Positions 24,101 through 36,100 of a stretch of 64,000 nucleotides of DNA are shown here, piece after piece. The DNA lies in NCBI GenBank assembly GCA_965235115.1, contig OZ249436.1, positions 33,852,001 through 33,916,000 of the forward strand. Reading direction: 5' to 3'. A program made the translations under genes and the position numbers. The notes beneath the pieces are model-generated. The model had not been told where the DNA came from. It searched no databases and saw only the letters and a program-made list of their open reading frames with translations. The DNA is from Laetmonice hystrix (lineage: Eukaryota). Each line of letters starts with the position of its first letter. Position 1 is the stretch's first letter.

Positions 24101-27100
24101 AAAAACTGGGATGAATAGACCTAGGTAATCAAGATTATGCTGACTAGTCGAGCATTGTGACGTAGGTATGAATGTTAGCTTTATCTCAAACATAGATCCA
24201 CTATCATTATTTCACACCTGCCAGCTACCGGGTAGTTACTTAGAACGCAGCTGGCAGTAGGGAAGGGACCAGTCCAGTACCTGGGTGGGACTATATACCT
24301 GTATGTACAGTGTATAGGTATTTATTGTGTGTGCTCGTTCACGCTTATGTATCAGCACATTGTACACCAATGTTGCAATAAGCTGTTGCAATTGTCCGTC
24401 ACCGTGCTGTAGGTTGAGTTTGAATGGAAGTATACAAAGAGAGGCCTAGGGGCTGGGATGGTAATACTGATGAGGACGAAGTTTATAATCATTGAAAGAA
24501 GATGATAGGCTGATCGTATCTGACTGGGCTTAACCTGATAACAAAGTACATCTTAAGAAACGGAAAAGGCTATGAAAAGAAAGGAAACCCAGGTCGAAGA
24601 GTGACCGGGCCGGAAACAGATAAATCCATAAAGTGGAGACCGAAAGGGCAGGCCAAGAACCAGAGTCCCTGGCCACTGATCCAGCCTACCTCCTTGGAGT
24701 ATGTGACTGACTCTGAGTGTAAATCACTTGAAGATGCACATCTGAGACAAGAATAACAAAAAATCGAAAGATAGCCGTTGCCGAATCATAAGTGTGATGA
24801 TGTCAGGAGTTATTGTAAGTCTGTATTATGACCTGTAGATATTTGATGCGGAGATATGTGTCCTATCTATGGATGGTAAACAGTAGCTAGCATGTTTGCA
24901 CTGCTCCTGCTGCTCCTTCTGTACATACGGCCAGCGTGTGCTGTGGTTCCTCACATGGGCAGTACATAATAGACAGCACAGGTGTTGTCACCAAGTGACA
25001 CAAGGAGGAAAGAGTTAAAGGTTGGCTGGGCGCCCACGGGTAACAGCACAGTCAGCCTGTACACCGGTATAATGTCATGATGGCCTGTCACCTGTACAGA
25101 GGGGTACGCCCTTATGATGGCCTGTTGCCTGTACAGGCAGGTACACCGTTATGATGGCCTGTCACCTGTACAGAGGGGTACGCCTTCGTGATGGCCTGTT
25201 GCCTGTACAGGCAGGTACACCGTTATGATGGCATGTAACCTGTTGGCGGTACACGTTCATGATGACTTGTCAGTACAGGCAGGTACACCGTTATGATGGC
25301 CTGTCACCTGTACAGACGGGTACGCCCTCATGATGGCCTGTTGCCTGTACAGGCAGGTACACCCTTATGATGGCCTGTAACCTGTACTGGCGGGTACACG
25401 TTCATGATAACTTGTTGTCAGTACAGCCAGGTACACCATCATCATGGCCTGTCACCTGTAAAGGCAGGCACACCGTCATGATGGCCTGTCATCAGTATGG
25501 GTGGGTACACCGTCATGATGGCCTGCCACCTGTACAGGCAGGCACACCGTCATGGTGGCCTGTCATCAGTATGGGCGGGTACACCGTCATGATGGCCTGT
25601 CACCTGTACAGGGCGGGTACACCGTCATGATGGCCTGTCACCTGTACAGGGGGGGGGCACACCGTCACGATGGCCTGTCACCTGTACAGGGGGGGCACAC
25701 CGTCATGGTGGCCTGTCATCAGTATGGGCGGGTACACCGTCATGATGGCCTGTCACCTGTACAGGGCGGGTACACCGTCATGATGGCCTGTCACCTGTAC
25801 AGGGGGGGGGCACACCGTCACGATGGCCTGTCACCTGTACAGGGGGGGGGCACACCGTCATGGTGGCCTGTCATCAATACCGGTAAAGGCGGGAACACCG
25901 TCATGATGGCATGTTACCGGTTCAGACAGAAACATTACGGGAATATGCCGGCACACCACCACAAACAGTATGAGGACCTTTCAAATCCGGGCACTGTGTC
26001 GCTACAGGCACGAACACAGACGACGACACATAAGACATTAAAAATGGTCATAATCATTTCACGCCTAGAAGGGGCAGACAACTACGTTATAACCATTACT
26101 GTAATTTACAGTGTAAACAGTTGAACACAAAGACAGTTTAGAATCTTGACAACGTTGCTGTCATCCGCGCCATACTTGAGATTGTGTTGGTACATGCGCA
26201 GAGCAGCTAAACCTTGAAAACAAAGGCTAACGTTGCTGGAGCTAAACGCTGGTCAGCACTGGTGATGCCGGAGAGGATCAGCAGCATTGGCGGCAACATC
26301 ATCACAGAGATTCAGCAGTCTCAGCAGCTGTCTCGGCAGGCAGGCATCAGCGACGGCCAGCGGCGGCCAGCGGCGGAGTAATGGCTTGGCCGCCCACACA
26401 ACAACAACCCCCACCAACCCCGCCTTGCCGCCCCCAACGCCTGAAATAGACTAAGAGCATATAGTTACCCAGTAAATTGTGTACATGTACATACATTAGG
26501 CAAACATACCTGAACCCTGGCAGATATAGCTGAGACATGTTCCCGGAAATGTGTTTTGTCCGCATGAACTGCCCAGTTTCGTTGTGGAAACCGCTGGTTC
26601 AGACAAATGGTCCAGCCATGAAATTAGCCGTGAATGATGAGTATTGAGAGGGTTAAAACGTGTCCCGTTGCCTTTTCTCTTCCGATTTTAACCCCCCAAT
26701 ATTCATGCAAATCCGGCAAAACAGAATATCATTTATCACGCAGTTTAATAAAACAGCTTTCTTTCGCTGTGTCAATTTCTTTAATTTTAAAGAAATACTT
26801 TCCGATTCATAAGATTTTGCAAGAGACAGATGCAGTTCTAATGACTTTTCATCTCAAGAGATATCAGGCCTGTATGAAATTATATGCCTCTCCCGCTTCT
26901 GTACCGGCTAACGGAAAAGAAGAGAATCTGTTCAGGATGCAACATATAAACTGAAGGAAAGTTTTTACTCGGTGATGGACTGTATACTCATAGAGCTCTC
27001 CTCTCCAGGAAGTACTTGCACAGCCATGTCCATCGTCAGTTGCATCATTCACACAGTCGTTTCCAAGGCGTAATTTTTATGTCCGCATTTACCCAACAGT

Positions 27101-30100
27101 ATCCAAACAAAATGGTCCCAGTCAAAGGGTCATGGGAGAATGTGTAACTGAAAAAATGGCAGCAGACAGACATAGACAGATAGAGGAAACTGGACAGCAA
27201 AGTCTCAAGGCCAGCACGTTGTTACAACAAGCCAGTATCGCTAAGATGCAAGAACTCTGTTTTGCTCAAATGGACGATTGTCTTGTCTGTCTGCTGAGAG
27301 GACAAATAATTCTTGTACAGTACTGAAACGTGTTATACATGTATAGTACAAAAATGGAGCTAATACAGCTGCATATTATATTGGATTGAAGCACGGTTTG
27401 CCCTGTGGTATTAAGAATTATCCATTCCTTATTGAGTAGTGTAAACCGTCTATATTTTGACAGAATGTCATTTATGTAAACAAATAAACAACTGTCGCTA
27501 TTTCTTCATCTGTCAGTTTCTGTCATTGGACCTCTGGGGCCATGTGTACCCTGTCCTACGCCCCTGAAGGATGTTTTTGTGTGTGTTTGTGGGGAGGAAA
27601 TCTGTCAGTTTCTGTCATTGGACCTCTCAGGCCAGGTGTATCCTGTGCTACAGCTCTGGGGAGTGTGTGTGTTTGGGGGGGGGATCTGTCCGTTTTGTCA
27701 TTGGACCTTTGAGTCCAGGTGTATCCTGTAGTGGCGTGTGGCCAGAGGAAGCAACCGTGAGGCTGAGATGACAGCTAGATTCCATAAATCTTGATCCACA
27801 TAATATGAGACGGAAGGGGGGGAGGTACAACTCTCCCCGTTGAGGACCGCAGGAGGTGGCAGACCGTCCCCTTTGCAGACGTCGTTCCCCTTTGCAAAAA
27901 AAAGTTACCCCTTTACTTTGCAAAGACCAGAGACATTTATAAATAGGTGATTCCAGTCATTCAGTAGCACAAGCTGCAGCCGGTTTTTCCATGGACAGAG
28001 GTACAAGTTATCCTTCCGAAATCACGACTGTTGCTTTACCGCAATAAAGGCAGAAAGGAATTATAAGTATATTTTTTATGTAACATGTATGCACGTTTAT
28101 GGATATAAACAAGATACGAAGGCCATTCAGTTTCACCCGACAGAAGACTTTAAATCTGTCCTCTTTCCCCACGGAACATGATGAAACGCATGACATATCT
28201 TTCTTCGCTGAATTTGAAAAGTTTCGTGTGCAAATCATTAATGGTTTACCGATAATTGTGCAGCCGTAGGTGCATGTACTCTACCTGTAGATATAGTTAA
28301 AGATTGTACCCGGTGGTGTAGGGGTTAACCATCAGGTCATGTTCATTTCCTGTTCAAACCACGAACCTTTTCATTTGAAATGCTGAAAGGCTCCGTATGT
28401 TGGATCCTGCCACCTGAGCTGGGACATAAAAGATCGCAAGATTCAGGAAGTAACCGGTATTCTTGAGACGGGCACTTGGCCCACGTTCAACCATCTCATT
28501 ACAGGCGGTCTGAATTAAAGTACCTTATGGTTTTTCTCGAAATAAGGTTCGTGGAGACTAAGCACATACACATGTAATAAACATTTCAAAAAGGTTTCTG
28601 AGCCATACGAATTAGTGAATGCCAATTCATAAAGACGACCGAGCGAGGACAAACAGACTGGTCGTATGTTATTAATGATACTGCGGGTCTACCTACGCTG
28701 AGTTCATCTTGAGTTATACACCTGTGATCCAGCTCAATCAGTATGGAGTGCTATAAACAGGTACTTCCTGAATGACGGCTTATCCTGTATTATTTCCGGG
28801 TAACACTGGCGAATGTGCTGGAATGACCTTTCTGTAGCGTGTGATTAAGAGAGGTTTATTCGACTAATATGAAGCAAGATCTAAAGACACTGAAAGGCTT
28901 TTGATCGAAAATCACACGACAAAGAGAAGAAAGAGAGCATTTGGCTGGCCTTCTGCTGGCGGGATCCCGGTATTGAGAACGTGATGGGCATCAAACATTG
29001 TCTTTGATCTAGGGACATGGCCTTGGCAGAACTTTAGCAGTTCAAATACATGTATAGTGGTAGAACAAGGGTCAACATGCTATGTTTATTCACCCGTTTG
29101 TGGAGAGGGAAAAAAAAAGAAAAACAGTGACACAGCTTCCATGGCATAAAATACCCATATCCTGAAATGCCATTCCACTTAGAACCCCAAGTAAGAAATG
29201 ACACGGTTTAACCGGACCGTTGTGTTGTTCAGTGATGTGTTACTGTCACATATCTGATCTGCAACGATATGGGAAGTTAATGCTACCGGCATGATGTGAA
29301 CATGTATCTATGTAAAGAAGATATTATGGAAATATGGTCAGTGTGTAGGGAACATTGCGTCAGCTTTTGATGTACGGCTTCCTCGCTTTGTAACTTTTAG
29401 AAGCTGTCGCAGAAAGGCAACTGCATGTACCAGCATTGAGTGGCGTTTAAAGACAATATAAAGCGGCAAGAACCTAGGGTAGAATTATTGATTCCAGGCC
29501 AATGTGTTATAAGGTGGGTCTTCACTGTGGAGGGGGTTAGGTAGGCGGGTTTACCCCAGTTGTAATTCAACCTTCCGGGAGTGAATAGATGTCTCTCCCA
29601 AATCAATTGACCTGAGCTGCTACACGGGCCAAGATTCGTTTAGCCTGCTCCCATTGAGTGAGGCGTGTGTAGTTTTATCACAGAGTACCTATTCTGTGGT
29701 TTTATTTTGAAGATAAGGTTCAGCGATGTGAATTAAAGGGTGAACATGTTTGTTTGCAGGCTTTGTGACCTGATGTACACTATTCAATTTAGTATACAGA
29801 GATATGACTCATTCAACTTGTTCAGCCATGGCTTTGCTGCTGGTCATGTCGTACACTATTATTATAATATAGTACCACATAATAAACAGACAAGGCAGGC
29901 AGGACAAAACAGGAACTATGGTATTAATCATTGGATTTGGGTGTGGTGGGGGAGGGAGCGTGCTTGCACACAGTGACCGTTTGTGTTTAGAATCGACTGT
30001 TGGTGATAGACGATGTTAGACGCCAAATGTTATACATGTTTTCTCATCTCTGTTGGAATACGAATCATCTTCTTCCGTTCTTAAATCTTCCAGAAATATC

Positions 30101-33100
30101 CCATGTTGCTCGGTAGTTTCACTAGACCTGTCGCCTAGATACAAATCAGTGAGAATGTTAATCATTCAGTTGGAATAACGGTTTGTATACTTTGCTCTTG
30201 AGCTGTCTGTTTACATCCAAGTACCGTACTTTCTAGTACCGTGGTATTGTATACCATAATACGATATGATGTGTGGTTGTCTCACTCATAATGCTGAAGA
30301 CAGGATGAGATCGATTACGTTAAGGATTGTAAGGAAAGGAATTTTAGATTTTAATCACTTTCAGTCCCTTGAGTTATAGCAATAAAATCCGAACAGTGGA
30401 ATGCCTAGTCACATCGTACCGTGTTCTTGTTGTCGTGATCCTTATTCATAGAGTGTAACATGTTGCCAGAGAGGAAAAAGTTCCATCTGAAACGTGACGG
30501 AGTTGGAAATGACACAGCATCTTTTAGTGTTCTCAGTCACTGACCCTACAAGCCAGGTTTTTGGGTTGAATTGTCGCTTCAATGAACAACTCATAGAGCA
30601 TGGTAGTCATATAATTTATAATGAATTTTACTAACAGCGATGTATGTAGTTTTAAACGGGAGAGCACAGTTTGCAGGAGTAATTTAAAAGTCAATTGAAA
30701 AAGCGCAGTGCCCACAAAATTTTCTTCACCACTCCCTTTAACTCATGAAGTTTTAAAATTCCACAGCAATACCAACAAGATGATGTACAGTGTGAAACAA
30801 AGTCGACTCCAGGATTTCCTGTTTTATATAGCATCCTTTTTTTACAGTCCGGCCCTTTTCCTATATACACATAATTGTTTGACAAATGCAATTTGCGACG
30901 TGGAAAGTAAAAAAAGAGATGAATTTTGATATACAATAACAAGGGCTCACAAAAGGTCCGGGTATAGTTATTTTATGTTCATCAACCAGGTCATCATATA
31001 CAGTCATGTTGTGTTCAGTGGAAACAGAACAAGAGGGTGGATCCCAGGGTCACAGGGTCCAGTGAGGTGAGAAAGGTGACAGGCTGGGTGACATGTGATA
31101 AGAGTGGAATTGGATGTAGATTTCCAGAGCTCAAAGTGCCACCAGGATTATTCCCCAGTTGTACCTTGCTGATTCTTCCGTGAAACTTGGCCTGCCCTGA
31201 AGCTTTATAAACACCTACGCACTGCCACACGCCTGCACTCTCTCCCGCCCCCTAAAAAAATGATCGCACCCAGTCAATTGTCATGTTGAACCGTAGACAG
31301 TGGTTGATTCTTCTATCGTTATAAGTTAATGGTGAATGATTCACCTCAGAAGGCCGCAAACACTTGTGACAAGTTTTTAATAATTACAGACGGCTAGATG
31401 GTGCTGGTGATTGGCCTGCAGTGTTGAGACAAGCGGCAACTGGTCCTATGATATCCGGCCTACCATGGCTATAAACATAGGGTGTCTGATCAGGGGCAAT
31501 TTTAGGTCCTCTGTGTCAGAGGGCGATCTCGTTTCTGGGTCGAAGTATAAGATTCTATTTACCACAAGTTCCCTTATATCCCATCTGCCCCTGTCATCGC
31601 ATATCAAATTGTAAGTGAAAGTCTGACGTAAATAATGGCATTTATTGCGGTGAATAACCATTTTGATAGATTAGCATCACCAAAATGACGGAAGAATTGC
31701 GAAACTTCTGTCAGGTTGTCACGAAAAACCTGCTTTAGGCAGGCATCTGTTAGTGTTTGTTGAAGCCGGTGAAAGGGTTTATGCGTAAATTCAGGAAGGA
31801 GCCGCCGTCTATAGGCTAACCACAAAATGTCGTGTTTAGTACTTACTCTGTATGGCAATGGGAACGGAATACTGGTGGGCAGGAACATAAGGACCTGACG
31901 TAGTCTGGGAGCTCTAGGAAGTCATCAACCCACAAGTAGAGAGTGATTCCAGATACAATGGCACAACAACGTTGTCATCAGATTGTTTTCCTTATTTGGC
32001 ATGTTTTCCTTTCTTTATCAAATGAGAAACTATTTTTTTTAGTGGTGGAATTCGTAGTTTTAATAGTTTTTTGGGGGCAGTTTTGCATTGTTCGTGTACC
32101 GATCAGATCACCGTGTCTTTCTTCCAAGAACCGGGGGGGGGGGGTGTTTCAATAAGCGCGTCGGACCGTCCGACTGGCGACGGACAGTCCGTCGCTTGGT
32201 TGTAGAGCCTGCAATGTTTGGTCCGTCGCCGGTAGGACGGTCCGACGCGCTTATTGAAACACCCTCCAGGGGCCCTTTATGAGCTAAATGTCGGAAAGGC
32301 ACTTGACAACCCTGTACTTTAAAAGAACATACAGGGTTACAGCATGGAAGGAAATGGGATTGAACTTCAGAATACTGGATATTAAATCTTCGTTTTTTGT
32401 AACCATGCTGTCTTCCAGCCAGTCAAAGGGTTGCCCTATGCTGGCAGTAGTTATAATAGTTAGTAAATATTGCTGTACAATTGATAAATTATGTAGCTAC
32501 TACTCGCCATGTAAAACCAACTACGCCCTTTGGTCTTTCTTCAGAAAGAGTTTATTGTTTAAATGTAAAAAACTCCGTTGGCTAAACATATGAGACTTGA
32601 TTTGGCCTCTGAGAATTTAGCTGTAAAAAGTGTACAGACTGATCATACCATCTTAGGATTTTTGATGCCTTGCCAAGGTATAAGGTGCAACATATGTCCA
32701 AATTTAGATTAGTCGTGACTGTACCTATGCTCAGTAATATCAGTTAACCAGATTTGTTAAGGGATAAGAAACTGTAGCTCTCAGAGGACATCTCCGTGGA
32801 CACTGAATGTAGTGATTATTTCTGTACAGGTTGTGATTGTAAAATTTTTGTTACAGAGAACCGGGTAAAGTTAGGACCACAATTTAAGGTTTCCCCTTGT
32901 AATATCTTACCGGGGTAGTTTCTATTGTATCACCTTTCATTACTATCCTTGATATTAAACAGGCCTTTCGATGCGTTTTTTTTTTCTCGACCATTATTAG
33001 ATACGGGTAATCTCTAGAGGAAATACGGATTACTGAAAGAGAACTTTTAGGGCCACAGATTCGTTATTCAGTTATTCAGGATTTATAACAGGGTATGCAT

Positions 33101-36100
33101 ACTTGGTCAAGTAATTAGTAAGAACCCTCGAGAACCCAATTTAGATCAATAAATTGAATGTCAAAAATCAACACGTATTTCGGTGCAACCAGCAACGAAA
33201 ATACATGAACTTCTAAGGTGTCAGTGAAGAGAGGTGTTTGGCATTATGGCAAAGCGGGAGGGTTTGCTGGCCTCCAAGTTTTATTAAAATAGTAATTATA
33301 GCATAGATGGATCTTAAATAGAGTAAGCACTCTTGAGCTTTAAAATTAAATGCAACAATATTTTACAAACAACAGATAAATATTGATTGAGGAGGATGGA
33401 CGTGACTGATCACGTAACCCGGCATGATGTGATAAACGCCAGGACAGGGATTATTTGTAAACTTAAATAAAGGTTCTCATTTTGGTGGGTTCCTGTTCTG
33501 TTAGCTTGCCTGACTTGTTTCAATTGAGAGTAAGGATGAGGACATGGGAGGTAGAGGATGCATGCGGTGGTGTTTGTGGCCCGTGAGCCGGCCTCCAGTT
33601 GAGATGACAGCCACCACAACACCGCCTGACTGTCCTACATTGCTGCTATCTGAGTCAGAAGGGTCAGAGTCGGCACATCCTTATGCCGTAACCACAGCCA
33701 GTGGTGGGAGGCATCCACACAGTTCAAGGTTTCCGGGGCCAGCCCTTCACTTACAACTCTCACAGCCACATTCCTGACCACACATTTTGGGTCCCATGAC
33801 AGAAAAGGGCAGAAAGAACCTGTTGCGAATTATCTTACACTGTATCGTTGTGGGGGTTTAGTGCACATAGGTCGAGATAGTGGGGTAAATGACGGACCAG
33901 TGTTAGGTGTGTGGTGTCAGTCTGCGTCAGAGTTATAATAAAATTCGGCATAGAATTTGGGAACTCTAATCTCCATATTACTTTATTTTCGATTGTTGCA
34001 TCTATAGGGAAGAAAGTAGGTGAAATTCTTTACAATGGATTAATTTACATTACCATTCATATGTTTCTGCAGGTTGACTTTCTGTTATAATGCGTCAAGA
34101 CTACAGATAACACTATTGGGAGCAGAAAGGTCCCTGGGCGAAGTGAGATGAAATACTTGGTAGCTCATAGACACAATTTCATGAAAATGCTTTCCCAGCC
34201 AACGGTAGTCAACCTGAAGTGTAAACGGTTTGTGATAGCTGCGTGGGTAGAGAATCATGAACGTTTTCAAAAGGTTTTTTTTATATAAGGAATTTATTTG
34301 TATGTACACAAAGCCACTGCGGAAGGCTACCAGGGGCACATGTTGCCTACTTTATTGCCTATCTGGTAGGTATGCTTTTGGCGTCAGTCATTCAGTTTGA
34401 AAGGAAAGGAACAGTAATCTTGGGTAACGTAAAGAACTATAAGCTAAACATTTTTAGGCGTGCTGTGTTCAACTAGATAAATATTCGGTATGCTCAAAAT
34501 ATAGTGTGGAGGTACAAAAAAGTGATGTGAGAACATCTGTCTTTCTTGTCCTAGGCTATCCGTGCGAGTGGCATGGTGGAGAAGCATTGGGTATCACTTC
34601 CTGGTTAAAAAAAAGTCAGCCAGAATAATGGAATTTTGAGTACGTTTCACGTAAGATTGTGGAAACTTAAATCGTCAAATAAATTGATGATCCAGTTCTG
34701 GCAAGGAGCCAGCACACCAACTCAGCTACTGAACTCGGCTTATCCTAAAAACCCTTTGCCCACTTGGGAAGTTGAGTGACAAATTGTGTCTCGATATATC
34801 AAATGATTTTCCTCTGCTGAGAGTTCTAGAAAAGAAAATAACGGGAGTTGTTGAAAGAGTGTCGAATTGCTGGTGGGCAGATGCTGTGAACTGCAGGACC
34901 TGACGTGAAGCAGTCGTCCTGTTTGACTTGCTCTCATTAAGTATAGTAGAGGTGTCAGGTTTTGGATCAGCCAGTCATAGATCGGGGAGAACTTATGACA
35001 GTAATGTAACTCTATACAAAGGTACGTACATGTATCAGAATTGGTCGTCCAGCTCGCTGGATCCTCTTTGGAAATCTACAGGGCCAGAAAGCATGGTAAT
35101 ATCACCGGCTTTGTCAAACTGTTGTTCACTAAATTAGAAGTTTGTTTATAAAAGAATCATTGAATATGTTGAGATTAAAATTGTAGAGGAGATTGTTAAA
35201 CCCCACCCCTACAACTCATAGAAAATTGGATTTTGAGAAGTGATAGTTATTATTTGAACCACCTGCGCTAGTCACAGTTCGAAGGTGTTCAGGTGAGAGA
35301 AACTCTGCGTGGTCCAGGGTCATATGGGGAGATCACGTGGTGAGGTCATTTAGAAGGGTCACGTGGGAGGGGTCACGAATCTGCTTCCATTCATTGTTAT
35401 ATCAGTGGAGCATTATTTGGGTGGTACTGGCACTGTGACCTGTCACAGCTGGCGAGTTTTTGTTTTTCCCCCCTGTGGCCAACTGGGAGTACCAGCTGGA
35501 AATGGTAAGCTTCCTTACAAGTCCATTTGCTATGTAAACACAGTGCTAACAGACCAAGTTATACGAGTCCCAGTGTGCATGTCTTTGAGACTGAAATTTT
35601 ATTTTGTTCTCCAGGTGGCAAATATCTACGTTTTTGAGATGCCTCTATGACAAAAACTGCACATTGTAAATTAATTATAGATTTGTAAGGAAGGATTTGA
35701 TATCAAGATCATTAAACCTATTCGTATACAGCTGGTTGACAAGGATTCGACTGTGAGTAGTAACCCATCTGAGATATCCACTTCCAAACCGCCACAGTGC
35801 TGACACCGACCACATCTATCTATGTCGTCATGTGAGGGTATTGTTATTATTGGCTACCAGATCTTTGCCTTGTTGATCCTCGGCATGTGATATTTATATG
35901 AACAGCTCACACTTCCAGTGACTGCTTCACACCTGCTGAATGTCACTCACAGTTTTATATCCGAAATAAAAATAAAAGCAGAGTTTTTTTTCTCTCTTTC
36001 TCCGTCACATTAGGAGTGAATTTATTTCACCATGTTTTTTTTCTCCCCTTCAAATTAATTTTAGAACAGCAGAGTTGTAAAGCAGAATTTGTTGCAACCT

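Noticed and set aside
24467-24481. CTGATGAGGACGAAG resembling a hammerhead ribozyme core
   Set aside because: No GAAA, no stem II, and I could not find flanking stems I/III. Other CTGANGA hits (6668, 55424, minus strand near 18326 and 58982) also lacked a complete core.
25057-25920. CRISPR-like appearance of this array and of 58327-58790
   Set aside because: Units are contiguous with no unique spacers, no cas genes are present, and the context is a eukaryotic intron.
25552-26124. 190-aa ORF with repeated peptide (and 25367..25630)
   Set aside because: Arises from the stop-poor 37-bp minisatellite; unit length is not a multiple of 3 and there are no splice signals linking it to a gene.
35278-35752. 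15-nt (35278-35292) and 21-nt (35732-35752) in-frame micro-exon candidates in intron 2
   Set aside because: Weak pyrimidine tracts, and insertion would fall in a core motor beta-strand.
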